In this document: in pieces, positions 18,692-28,405 of the stretch | How positions within the stretch are numbered: position 1 is the first letter of the stretch | Layout of the letters: each line of letters starts with the position of its first letter | NCBI GenBank assembly: GCA_004293265.1 | Contig: RDXZ01000022.1 | Span: forward strand, 9,158-73,157 | Source of the DNA: Bacteroidota bacterium | GTDB lineage: Bacteria; Bacteroidota; Bacteroidia; Cytophagales; Microscillaceae | Reading direction: 5' to 3' | DNA length: 64,000 nucleotides | Translations under genes and position numbers: made by a program | The notes under the pieces: model-generated | The model's database searches: none | What the model was told of the DNA's origin: nothing | What the model saw: the letters and a program-made list of their open reading frames with translations, nothing else

Positions 18692-19753
18692 TTAATCATC
18701 TTTTTTACGAATATTTTTCATTATTGTAGCAATATTTACCGCAAATCCTGCATTATCAATATCTGTTCTTTTAAAAGTTGCAATTCCTACTACCTCGCCA
18801 TTCATATTCATAACAGGACCTCCACTATTTCCTTGTGAAATAGCCGCATCTATTTGTATCAGCCCTTCGTCCTCATTACCCATTGAACGAATGGCAGAAA
18901 CTATTCCTTTAGTTATTGTTTGTTCAAGACCTCTTGGGCTTCCTATAACGAATATTTCTGAACCTGATTTAGGTGTTTTTTTTGCTAATTTTAAGTATGG
19001 AAATTTTTTATTTTTACTTTCTATTTCAAATTTCGCATAATCAAAAAAATTATTATATATCGATACTTTTTTAATTTTATAAAAAGCACCATCTTTCATC
19101 TTTATAAAGGCAATATCTGCTCCTTTTAGTACATGAAAATTAGTTAAACATTCATTGGGAGATATAAAAAAACCAGAACCTAAACTTGTTTCTCCTTCTT
19201 CATTGCGAGCATGTATTGTAAAAACTGATTCAGAGTTTTTTTCTACTAATTTTTCTAATGAATATTTTTTTTCGTTACTAACTTGATTTTCTAACTCATC
19301 ATTTTCTTTTTCATCAACCGAATCTTTGTCACTGATTAATAAACCATATTCACCATTTGAAAAACATTGCTCAAAAACATTTAAACTATCAAATAAATTT
19401 TTTTTATTTAGTTTTGATAATCCTTTTTTAAGAAGTTTTTTATTCAAAGACTCACCACTGTTTGCGTCTTTCAAATAAGCATTTATTTCATCAGTATTAT
19501 TGTTGATAGGTTGGTAACTTTTACTATCCTGAACAATCATTACATTTTTACCTATCCAATTAGACAACTGATTCGATATTTTGGCATCTTCTTCTATTCC
19601 TATCAAATTTACTTTTACACCGTTTTCGAGTTCAATTGTATTAGAATCTATAATTTTAATGATTTTTTGTGGCGAACTTTCTATATCAGTACTTTTACAA
19701 CTAAAAAAAAAGCTGCTAATCAATAAAATGATTGCAAACATTATATTTTTCAT
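18692..19753 (-). CDS. lipoprotein with C-terminal trypsin-like (S1/DegP-type) serine protease and N-terminal SNase-like OB region; operon gene 8
   Basis: Lipobox FFSC. Triad context TNFHVL (His), FDYAKF (Asp), GNSGGPV (Ser). The N-terminal IIDSNTIELENGVKVNLIGIE resembles the thermonuclease OB strand, which is weak evidence. Confidence 0.65.
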   Translation of the reverse strand: MKNIMFAIILLISSFFFSCKSTDIESSPQKIIKIIDSNTIELENGVKVNLIGIEEDAKISNQLSNWIGKNVMIVQDSKSYQPINNNTDEINAYLKDANSGESLNKKLLKKGLSKLNKKNLFDSLNVFEQCFSNGEYGLLISDKDSVDEKENDELENQVSNEKKYSLEKLVEKNSESVFTIHARNEEGETSLGSGFFISPNECLTNFHVLKGADIAFIKMKDGAFYKIKKVSIYNNFFDYAKFEIESKNKKFPYLKLAKKTPKSGSEIFVIGSPRGLEQTITKGIVSAIRSMGNEDEGLIQIDAAISQGNSGGPVMNMNGEVVGIATFKRTDIDNAGFAVNIATIMKNIRKKDD

Positions 19754-19770
19754 AATTATATTTATTTTAA

Positions 19771-20388
19771 TTAATTTACTTTTAAAGAACCTATTTTTGG
19801 AATAATTTGTATTAAAAAACGTTGATTTAATTTATCGTCTGAGTCTATTCTACCTACTCCTTCAGTACCATTGCCTGCTATTTGTATTTCACAAACTTCA
19901 CTTTGAAAATTTACATCATTTTTTTTCCACAAGTCATATAACGCTAAAGCTCGTCTGTAACTCAGGAGATAATTTTCGTAGTTATTGCCTGTTTTTGATG
20001 AACTTCCTTCAATAATTAATAGATACTTGATATTTTTATCTTTTTTACGAACTTCTTCTATCATTCTATTAATTTCTTTTCCTGCTCCGATAAGTTCTTC
20101 ATAATTATCTTCGGGTATTTTATCATCTCCCAACTTGAATTGAACTTGTTTCTTAAGCACATGTCTTTTATATTTTGGTTGAAATTCAAAATAGTCATCT
20201 TTTAATTTACTCAATGATGTTTCTATTTCTATTATTTTTTCATATTGTTTGACCATTACTTTTAACCGAGATTTTTCATTTTGAAACAATGTAAAACTCA
20301 ATACAAATAAAATCAACATAACTACAAATAAAACAGTCATCAAATCCACATAACTTGCCCAAAAAAAATCCCTTTTGCTTTGTTTCAT
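19771..20388 (-). CDS. MotB/ZorB-like stator subunit with OmpA-type peptidoglycan-binding domain; operon gene 7
   Basis: The N-terminal FWASYVDLMTVLFVVMLILFV matches the MotB TM helix, including the conserved Asp (D15, nt 20344-20346). The C-terminal IIEGSSSKTGNNYENYLLSYRRALALYDL is an OmpA-like core. Confidence 0.65.
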   Translation of the reverse strand: MKQSKRDFFWASYVDLMTVLFVVMLILFVLSFTLFQNEKSRLKVMVKQYEKIIEIETSLSKLKDDYFEFQPKYKRHVLKKQVQFKLGDDKIPEDNYEELIGAGKEINRMIEEVRKKDKNIKYLLIIEGSSSKTGNNYENYLLSYRRALALYDLWKKNDVNFQSEVCEIQIAGNGTEGVGRIDSDDKLNQRFLIQIIPKIGSLKVN

Positions 20389-20406
20389 CTTGTATAAATA
20401 TAAAAT

Positions 20407-21837
20407 TTACATTATAGAACGTAAAAATAACATAACATAACCAATAGCAATCAATAACAACCCAATGATAGATAATTCACTACCAAATGTTACCCAACTT
20501 TTAAATACTGATTTTTCTGGTTTATTTGATAAAGATTCTTTCAATGCTGATATATTTTCATTCAAGTTAATCAAATTATTTAACATTATAGTTTCATTTT
20601 CTTTTGATGCTCCTTTGCTTTGTTTTTTAATCATCAAATCAACAATGTACTTTGTTTCCTTTGTATCTTTTTGTATTTCATTTACTAAAACAACCAATGG
20701 TTTAACTGCTTCCATAAAGTCCAAATAATTTACTTGATTGTTTAGTTGATTATAAAATTTAGTTTTTTCTTCTGTTAAACTCTGAAAAAAAGCGTGCATT
20801 TCTCCTATAAAATGTTGTTCTTGATTGTTTATATTTTGTTTCCACTTATCAAAAAATTCATTCGTATTTTGTGAGGTAAGTTCTGTTAAACTTTCTAATT
20901 CAGCAATACGAGATTTTACAAATTTATCAACTGCATCATCTGCTTCTTTATAATGTTGGTCTATTCTATCATAAGCATCTGCAATTTTTTGAAAAACATC
21001 ACTTACTGATTCTATTTTTTCAAATATCACTAAATTTGCCCTTGCTATTTTTTTTACATCTATTTGATTCAAATGTTTTAAAAAATCAACTTGAGAATCT
21101 ATATTTTTAGTAATATTACCAATAGTACCTTTGAAAGATGATATATTTGTAGAAAATTCTTTATTAAATTTTTCTAAATTACCTGCTAAATTTGTCAAAG
21201 TTTCACCTATACCCACATTAGCAATTGGTAATAATTCTCGCCTCAAAAAATCATAATATTGTTCTTTATTATAATTCCTTTCTACCAAACATTTATTAAA
21301 AAATAAATTAGATATAACAGTTAAAAATAATCCAAAAAAACTGCCTATCATCGCTATCAATACACCAAACAAAAATGATGATATTGTACTTGAATTAATA
21401 GCATCTTGACTTTGATTAAACACAAATTGCAATAAACCTACAGAAACCCCTAAAAATGTAGCCATCAAACCTACATATAAAGGTATATTGATGTTATTTT
21501 GAATATTATCTTCTTGTGAGTTAGATTTTTTTTCTGCTATGTCTTGCAGAACCTGATAGTCGATACCACTGCCAGGTCTGCTTTTTAAGTAATTATTAGT
21601 TTGTACCAATATATCAGAAAACTCTTTACTCAGCGAACTACTTGTGATTTTAATATAACTAATATCATCAACCTCCTTATCATCAGGTTTGCCCACACGC
21701 AATACATTGCCTATATTATGTGGGTATAATTCTTTCAGTTTTTGTATTCTTTTTTTATTTTGAATAAAAAGACTTATTTGTATGATTAAAACTATTGCGA
21801 TGATAATAAACTCTATCAAATAAAGTATTTTTTCCAT
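20407..21837 (-). CDS. MotA/ExbB/ZorA-like ion-channel subunit with long coiled-coil tail; operon gene 6
   Basis: TM1 at the N-terminus. The paired helices YVGLMATFLGVSVGLLQF and FLFGVLIAMIGSFFGLFLTVISNLFFN (nt 21298-21489) resemble the MotA_ExbB core. Then about 250 aa of predicted coiled coil and a terminal TM helix. Confidence 0.5.
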   Translation of the reverse strand: MEKILYLIEFIIIAIVLIIQISLFIQNKKRIQKLKELYPHNIGNVLRVGKPDDKEVDDISYIKITSSSLSKEFSDILVQTNNYLKSRPGSGIDYQVLQDIAEKKSNSQEDNIQNNINIPLYVGLMATFLGVSVGLLQFVFNQSQDAINSSTISSFLFGVLIAMIGSFFGLFLTVISNLFFNKCLVERNYNKEQYYDFLRRELLPIANVGIGETLTNLAGNLEKFNKEFSTNISSFKGTIGNITKNIDSQVDFLKHLNQIDVKKIARANLVIFEKIESVSDVFQKIADAYDRIDQHYKEADDAVDKFVKSRIAELESLTELTSQNTNEFFDKWKQNINNQEQHFIGEMHAFFQSLTEEKTKFYNQLNNQVNYLDFMEAVKPLVVLVNEIQKDTKETKYIVDLMIKKQSKGASKENETIMLNNLINLNENISALKESLSNKPEKSVFKSWVTFGSELSIIGLLLIAIGYVMLFLRSIM

Positions 21838-21849
21838 AATAAACCTCGT

Positions 21850-23256
21850 TTATTTGTAATTAATGCGTGCTTTTTTTTCTAATTTCCAAACATTTCCTTG
21901 TTTTCTAATCTTCCCTGCTGATGTTGTATATATTTTAGGGTCAGTTGTTTCGACTTTTCCTGTTATTTCACAAGTGTGTTCAAGAAGCGTAGTGATACCA
22001 TGAATAACATCTTTGTATTGATCATTCATAGTTTTGATAGTAAATGAGGCTTCTCCATCATTTTCATTTCTCATTATTACTTCAAACAACGTATTCTCAT
22101 CTTCTGCATCATATAATTCAAAATACATATCAGAACGAAAATAACGAGCATATTTTATAATTGTTTTTGCTGTTGGTTGTGATAATGCTGTTGGTTCACC
22201 GTTATTAGAAAGTAATAATCCTTGTGAAGACCCTATTTTAGATTCCAACGCATTGATTTTTTTTTTCAATTCTTCATTTTGTTCATTCAATTGATTATTT
22301 TTTGATTCTACTCCATCAATTTTAAATTTCAAAGAATCATTTTCTGTTTTCAATTTATCAAGTTGTTTTTGTAGTTCTTTTTCTTTTTCAGTATATTCTG
22401 TTTTCTCTTCATTCTTTTTTTCCATAAAAAAAAATATTTTTATTTTTTTTATTATACCTAACCTAACCAAAAGAATCAATACCAGTACAATTACTGCAAA
22501 TGAGCCAATTACAATCAAAACAATTATTTTCCAACTATTCCAGCTATTTTCTGGATCGTTTTTGTCTTCACCTAATATTATTTTTTCTTGTTCTTTGAGT
22601 TTGGTTATATCATTTAGGAATGGTGTAATTGATTTTAAGTAGTTTTTCAATAATTCATCATTGATTACTTTTGCATATCCTTCTATATCCTTCAAGTAAT
22701 CGGTTTTTTTAGTATGATTTTTTAAAAGGGTGTCATTCTTTTTATTCGCATACTTAATTATTGCTTTTTTAATTATACTATCTGATTTTGGATTTTTTAT
22801 ACCACCACCTTTTGTATTTATGGTACTTAGATATTCATTAAATTTTTTTCTCAATAATGATGAATCTACTTTTTTTTTATCGTATAATAAACTTTGATCA
22901 GCAAAAAGTATCATTTTATCTGTCAAAGTTTTTACTCCATCTATGTCATCTGGTTTTATACCAGTTTTATTATTTATTTGGTCCATTCTAAATCTATAAG
23001 TTGAGTCTATAAACGCAGACGAAGTTAATAAATACAGAACTTTTTGATTAACAATACCCTTTATATTATTTATACCATTTGCCGTATCACTGATTTTTTC
23101 TATTTGACTAATATAATTTTTGTTTGTTGCTGAATCTATTTTCAAACATTCAATAATACTAATTTTAAGTAATTCAAGAGAATGGTTTTTAGTTTGCCCT
23201 ATTATATTGGTTGAGCAAAAAAAGAGTAATATAGCTGATAGAATATATTTTTTCAT
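21850..23256 (-). CDS. bitopic membrane protein: exported N-domain, TM, coiled coil, C-terminal globular domain; operon gene 5
   Basis: Signal peptide MKKYILSAILLFFCSTNIIGQ (ATG at 23256). TM helix IIVLIVIGSFAVIVLVLILLV. Heptad-rich segment KELQKQLDKLKTENDSLKFKIDGVESKNNQLNEQNEELKKKINALESK. Confidence 0.55.
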   Translation of the reverse strand: MKKYILSAILLFFCSTNIIGQTKNHSLELLKISIIECLKIDSATNKNYISQIEKISDTANGINNIKGIVNQKVLYLLTSSAFIDSTYRFRMDQINNKTGIKPDDIDGVKTLTDKMILFADQSLLYDKKKVDSSLLRKKFNEYLSTINTKGGGIKNPKSDSIIKKAIIKYANKKNDTLLKNHTKKTDYLKDIEGYAKVINDELLKNYLKSITPFLNDITKLKEQEKIILGEDKNDPENSWNSWKIIVLIVIGSFAVIVLVLILLVRLGIIKKIKIFFFMEKKNEEKTEYTEKEKELQKQLDKLKTENDSLKFKIDGVESKNNQLNEQNEELKKKINALESKIGSSQGLLLSNNGEPTALSQPTAKTIIKYARYFRSDMYFELYDAEDENTLFEVIMRNENDGEASFTIKTMNDQYKDVIHGITTLLEHTCEITGKVETTDPKIYTTSAGKIRKQGNVWKLEKKARINYK

Positions 23257-23313
23257 AATGTTATAAATTGAAAGATAAAACAATGAGTTGTTAAACCCAT
23301 TGTTTCATTGTTA

Positions 23314-26300
23314 TTAGTTGCCGTATTTATTATAAATTTCTTTTCCAACTTGATACAATTTTTCTTTTATTTCATAAAAAAACAAAGTTTCAGAAATTTC
23401 TTCATTTTTATTGGTATCATTTTGGTTCATAAGATGCAATCCTTTTTTGATTCCATCTTCTTTATTTTGTGCCCACCATAGCATTATATCTTGTAAATTT
23501 GTTTGTATTCCCAAATTAGATAAATGCTTTGTGATAGATGAAGTAGTAAATAACATATTGATAAAATCAACTACATTTTCAGCAACACTATTTTTTACAT
23601 CAGCAGTAATATCTTTATAATCTTTGATGTTATCTTGATTGATAAGATTATTTTTATGATTTTTTTGTCCTAACCAACAAATAGATTCATTAGATTGTGA
23701 TGACTTCATATACCCACTGTACAAAATTCCTACAGGTGTTTGAGGAGTATATTGATATAAACAGCATCCTTTTGCTGTAGCTTGTTTCGGGTCTTTTATA
23801 TTTACCAACTGAAAATTAGTAGGTGCTTCTTTACCACTTACTTTTGAGAGTATAGCCTTTGTAATTTCAGTAATTGTACCCATCAAAGGATCTAATATTT
23901 GAATGTATTTACTACCCATTCCTGTGAAAACAAAATATCTTGGTATGTTTATATTTTTAAATTTGATAATTTCTGCTAAATGATAAACAATAGAAGCATA
24001 ATGTATCAATAGTTGCACTCGTAAATGTTTACAATCCCCAAGAAACGATAAAAAACCTAATGCTTCGTCATATTTAAAACATAATGATATGATTTCATTT
24101 GATTTCAGTGTTTTTTTTGAAAAATCATCAAGTACATTTTTTGCACGTTTAAACGCATCATCTTCTCTATTTTGTGCGTCTATATATTTTTTAAATGATT
24201 GTAAAAATGGATTATCTTTTGAAGGTTGTTCATTGAATCCCTCTCCCCACAGTGTATCTCCCGCAAATCTGAAAGATGTATTGAAAGTATTTCCATTTGT
24301 AAAGTTAAAAAAAACATCAGTAGTACCGCCTCCAATGTCTATATTACAAAGATCCTCATTTGGAACTAATTCATTAGCCTGTAAATAACGGTAAGGTGCA
24401 TACGCCTCTGATAAGCAATAAGTATCTCTTTGTGATTTGAATATTTGTCTAAAATTATCATTCCACAACGAACAGAGTTTATCTAAATCTATTCTTTGCA
24501 TGCTCAAAGGTGCAGACCAGTAAATATTTGTATTGTTAATATTGCCACCTATCAAAGCTACTTTGTTTCTAATTAACCGAAGTAATTCTTCTAAATAAAC
24601 GCTTGTATTTTGTTTTTCATTACCCGTCGTCCATTTAAGATTAAACTCGGTTTTATTACCACCTGTTATTACTTCACCATCTCTCAAATAAGGATTAAAA
24701 AGTATGTTGATATTACTCAATAGTAATTTAGGGGTTGAAGACCTTGTATTAACCAAAATAGAAGTTCGCATTGGTAAATCACCGTCATTGATAATAGAAG
24801 GCACAAATTGTGCTTGTGGTATATTTCCAAAAGGTGCCAAGTATAGCCCACCAGCATCGTTCCACATATCTTTGGCTTCATATTTTTCTTTTACATCTTG
24901 TTTTGACTTGTCTGGTTCGTTCAAGGTAATCATTTGCATATCTTTTTCTTCTATTGTAAAAGTAGATATATGTTTCTCACTTCCTTTTGTATAAGCTATA
25001 TAGGTGTTAGTAGTACCAAAATCGACTCCAAATTGATATGATTCATATCCATTCTTACACTCCACCCACTTTGGTATGATTAAGTTCCTAATTACTTTAT
25101 CATTTTCTTCATTTGGATAAGTAACTTCTATATAATCCCAAGGTGTATTATTAACTTGAAAAAATGTAGTATTTTGACCACTATCTGATTGTTTAAAGTC
25201 TCTCTTATCCTCAAAAACACTTTTATGCTCTCCATAGGGTTTTTTATCTTTATCCTCTACTCTTGGCAAAGAATTTTGTTTGGGAATACTTTTTTGGTTT
25301 GTTGATGTTTTGTCATTTTGTTGGTAATAGAAATCCAATTTAAAATCATTTTGTAGATCTTTTTGTTTTTCTATAAACATTACTTTATAAAAATCATTGT
25401 ATTCATCTTCATCTTTTCCCATCATTTTATAAAAAGGGAAAATACCAATATTTATATTTATCTTGATAATTGTTCCATAGTCATTTTTTGAGGGTTTATA
25501 ATAATAATATTTTTCAAAAATTATTTTACCCTTTTTAATAGGAATGGTTAATGAAACTCTAACAGATTCTTTATCTTTTATACTAAAAGTAAGCATTGAC
25601 TCTATATCTTTAGGTTCAAAGTAATCAAAGAATTTTTTTTTAAGAGGACACAAATAATTAAATTTTTCGAATTTTTTAAGACTATTTTCGACACCCGTTT
25701 CATATTCTACCTTGCCTATATGAAAGCGCGAGGTTTGGACATTATAAGGTAATGCCAATAAATGAGATTCTAAAAAATCGTTTATTGTTAAATATGGATA
25801 TTTTTCGGCAACAATAGGTAAAATTCTATCAGATAAAGGAGTATTTTCATCAAGTAAGGGAACTTCATACGTAGATTTCCAATCACTTTGTGTATATTTC
25901 ATACCACCTGAACTAAATCCTGCCATTAAAACCAAAGGAGGATTGTCTATATCAGGGATTAATACATTACTATTATGTTTAATTACAAAATCACTTTTTT
26001 GTTTGACATCAACGCTACCTTTTCTTCTTGTTGGAATTTCTATATTATTATAAACCACCACTGATTCCCTATTATCATACCTAAGAATTTCATAATCGTT
26101 TTCATATAAATTGTTAGCATGGTATGTTTCCTTATCCCTTTTTAGGTTTTGCATTTTTGTACGAAAATCTCTGTTTCCGTCATTTATAAATTTAGGTTGA
26201 TTTTCAATGTATTTATATAAATTTTTACATTTTGTAGTTAATGAATTATGTGCTAAAAATATTTTATACATAAACTCTTGAAATTCTTGTTCTCTGGCGT

Positions 26301-26874
26301 ACAAGGGTTGTGCTTGATTCTCATCAAAATAGTGATGACCTGTAGTATTGGCAATTTTTAATTGACTTATATCGGCAGTAGGAAAAAGTAATGTAAAAGG
26401 TGATGTACCTCCTATTACTCTATTTTCAAATAAAAACATATAAATATTTGATTCATTTGCCATTATTTTTCCTGCACTTGTATATAATTCTAAAGTTTCT
26501 GCTAATAACCTTTGGGCTTCATTTCCAGAATTTTTCAATTTATCGAGTTGCTGGTCTTTGTTCCATTTAGTGATTTTAAGACCTTGGTCTTTCAATGTAT
26601 GATAATTAAAAACTATTTCCATTAAATCCAAACATTTGGAAACCAATCTATGATGTATAGAGTTTCCAGTAGGATTTTCAGCAACCATACCAAAAACAGA
26701 GTCGTACAAATGCATCTGTGCAAAAGGACTTGGCACTGATGTAACAACTTTTTTAATATCATTTTCGTTATTATCTTTAAATTTGGTTTGAATTGTATCC
26801 ATTCCTATTTTTTCAAAAGGACTCCAGTACTCTCCTGTGCTGTCTATTGAATAATTAATTAAAATTTTAGCCAT
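23314..26874 (-). CDS. 1186-aa protein with C-terminal Hsp70/actin-like (ASKHA) ATPase domain and 600-aa unknown N-terminal region; operon gene 4
   Basis: Phosphate-1 motif GVDFGTTNT (nt 24997-25029). Phosphate-2 motif IDIGGGTTD (nt 24316-24342). Adenosine-like FVFTGMGSKY. No P-loop seen. Confidence 0.6.
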   Translation of the reverse strand: MAKILINYSIDSTGEYWSPFEKIGMDTIQTKFKDNNENDIKKVVTSVPSPFAQMHLYDSVFGMVAENPTGNSIHHRLVSKCLDLMEIVFNYHTLKDQGLKITKWNKDQQLDKLKNSGNEAQRLLAETLELYTSAGKIMANESNIYMFLFENRVIGGTSPFTLLFPTADISQLKIANTTGHHYFDENQAQPLYAREQEFQEFMYKIFLAHNSLTTKCKNLYKYIENQPKFINDGNRDFRTKMQNLKRDKETYHANNLYENDYEILRYDNRESVVVYNNIEIPTRRKGSVDVKQKSDFVIKHNSNVLIPDIDNPPLVLMAGFSSGGMKYTQSDWKSTYEVPLLDENTPLSDRILPIVAEKYPYLTINDFLESHLLALPYNVQTSRFHIGKVEYETGVENSLKKFEKFNYLCPLKKKFFDYFEPKDIESMLTFSIKDKESVRVSLTIPIKKGKIIFEKYYYYKPSKNDYGTIIKININIGIFPFYKMMGKDEDEYNDFYKVMFIEKQKDLQNDFKLDFYYQQNDKTSTNQKSIPKQNSLPRVEDKDKKPYGEHKSVFEDKRDFKQSDSGQNTTFFQVNNTPWDYIEVTYPNEENDKVIRNLIIPKWVECKNGYESYQFGVDFGTTNTYIAYTKGSEKHISTFTIEEKDMQMITLNEPDKSKQDVKEKYEAKDMWNDAGGLYLAPFGNIPQAQFVPSIINDGDLPMRTSILVNTRSSTPKLLLSNINILFNPYLRDGEVITGGNKTEFNLKWTTGNEKQNTSVYLEELLRLIRNKVALIGGNINNTNIYWSAPLSMQRIDLDKLCSLWNDNFRQIFKSQRDTYCLSEAYAPYRYLQANELVPNEDLCNIDIGGGTTDVFFNFTNGNTFNTSFRFAGDTLWGEGFNEQPSKDNPFLQSFKKYIDAQNREDDAFKRAKNVLDDFSKKTLKSNEIISLCFKYDEALGFLSFLGDCKHLRVQLLIHYASIVYHLAEIIKFKNINIPRYFVFTGMGSKYIQILDPLMGTITEITKAILSKVSGKEAPTNFQLVNIKDPKQATAKGCCLYQYTPQTPVGILYSGYMKSSQSNESICWLGQKNHKNNLINQDNIKDYKDITADVKNSVAENVVDFINMLFTTSSITKHLSNLGIQTNLQDIMLWWAQNKEDGIKKGLHLMNQNDTNKNEEISETLFFYEIKEKLYQVGKEIYNKYGN

Positions 26875-26916
26875 TGTTTTAGTAGTTTTAAATTTAATAA
26901 ATACGACAAAAATATT

Positions 26917-28386
26917 CTACCCTATTATATTTTTATCAAATACTTTTTCCATTGCTTGGTACATTATTTTCATAAATTTTTTTTCACTTTGCTCACTTGA
27001 TTCCTTTTCAAAATTATTAAGTTGAGTAGTAAAAGTATCCTCCGAAATTCCTGAGACTAACCATCCAGTCTTAATTTCTTTATCCTTTAACATTTTATTT
27101 AAGTTACTATTTTTAAAATCAAAAGGTACAAAAGATCTTTCATTTGTTAGCATCTCTTCCATAAATATATAGTATTTTGCTACGAAATCTTTGAGATAAG
27201 GATAAAAAACATCATTATCGTTTAAATACTTATCTTTAAGATTCATCCTTTTAGCATAATCCTTTTTATTTAGATCTTTTTCTATTGTATTTTTAATGTA
27301 GTGTGCAAAATAATGAAAACATACCATTGGTTTATAAATATCTTTTTTTGTACCATCGTAAAAATGTGAAAAATTAATTTCTTTTGCATCTTCTTTAATA
27401 CCAAAAGCATAATGTTGTGTGCCTGATGTATTTTCCCATAATCTATCAGGTTGTTCCATAAAATGAAGCATTGAAGTTGCCGCCATAATTTCTATAAAGT
27501 GTGCCTCATTTTTTTGATTCAATCCACCTTCAGAGTTTTTATATTGTTTTTTGAATGTATCTCCCATATAATATAAAGAATCTAATTTTGGTAGATTATT
27601 TTCATAATATAACAAAGCCTCTTTGGTTTTTGTAGTAAAAATATTTGAGTTAATCGCACTTGAATTATCTGATTGAACATCAAAATAAGGCATCACACTC
27701 ACAGCACCAATTCGAGCATTTTTTATTTGAGGCGCTTTTGTTAAATTATTCTTAGATTCTTCCCCAATTCTTAAATTTTCTAAAATTAATGGAAAACCAG
27801 ATGCACCTGTTCCCCCAAATATAGAGCTAACGATAAATATTCTATCTTTATTGTCGGCGTTGTAACAATCACCAAAAAACTCCCATTCTTTTGAGTCTTT
27901 GATACTATTTAAAACAATTGTACCAACGTTTGGGCTTCCTCTAAAACCAACATCAAGTTTTTTCTTTAAATTATCTTCTGAGAATAATAATTGTATCAAA
28001 TCTTGTGTTTCGGTTTCTAATTGACTATATTCTAAAAAATCCTCAAAAGTTTTTGTTATACCACCTGCACCAAAAGAAAAACGAAAGGAATTATCAGCAA
28101 TTCTACCTGTATTATCCAAATCCTTTAAAGTTGATATTTCGGTTTTAAAAAAACCTTTTTCTTGGTACCCATTATACCCCAATTGCTTGTGAATATTTTG
28201 ATATAGTTTCAACAATTCTATTGTACGCACTGTATCTCCATTTTGCATATCAGGGTCTATGAATATTGGTATCACTCTTTTAGCTTGGATATCAGCTCCA
28301 GAAGCGAGCAATATTGTTAAAGCCTTAACAACTCTTGCACCTGTTCCACCTATAGCAAAAATATATAAATCTGAATTTATTGGCAT
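26917..28386 (-). CDS. tubulin/FtsZ-superfamily GTPase-like protein (Tubulin_2 / FtsZl-1-like); operon gene 3
   Basis: T1-like loop IFAIGGTGARVV (nt 28336-28353) and T4 tubulin-signature-like SSIFGGTGASGFP (nt 27796-27816). Confidence 0.55.
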   Translation of the reverse strand: MPINSDLYIFAIGGTGARVVKALTILLASGADIQAKRVIPIFIDPDMQNGDTVRTIELLKLYQNIHKQLGYNGYQEKGFFKTEISTLKDLDNTGRIADNSFRFSFGAGGITKTFEDFLEYSQLETETQDLIQLLFSEDNLKKKLDVGFRGSPNVGTIVLNSIKDSKEWEFFGDCYNADNKDRIFIVSSIFGGTGASGFPLILENLRIGEESKNNLTKAPQIKNARIGAVSVMPYFDVQSDNSSAINSNIFTTKTKEALLYYENNLPKLDSLYYMGDTFKKQYKNSEGGLNQKNEAHFIEIMAATSMLHFMEQPDRLWENTSGTQHYAFGIKEDAKEINFSHFYDGTKKDIYKPMVCFHYFAHYIKNTIEKDLNKKDYAKRMNLKDKYLNDNDVFYPYLKDFVAKYYIFMEEMLTNERSFVPFDFKNSNLNKMLKDKEIKTGWLVSGISEDTFTTQLNNFEKESSEQSEKKFMKIMYQAMEKVFDKNIIG

Positions 28387-28405
28387 ATTTTTATTTATTT
28401 TTTAA

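Noticed and set aside
19771-21837. Calling the locus a canonical Zorya defence system
   Set aside because: Only the ZorA/ZorB-like architecture is present. No ZorC/ZorD (helicase/nuclease) or ZorE (HNH)-like genes are visible. The resemblance is reported as an analogy, not a classification.
14336-24994. Numerous 60-99-aa plus-strand ORFs inside the large minus-strand operon (for example 14336, 14771, 15139, 15300, 17636, 17647, 18656, 19511, 19581, 20465, 23411, 24089, 24704)
   Set aside because: All are antisense to long, motif-bearing minus-strand genes. Their translations are Phe/Ile/Leu/Ser-rich low-complexity sequence, the mirror of Lys/Asn/Glu-rich coding strands.
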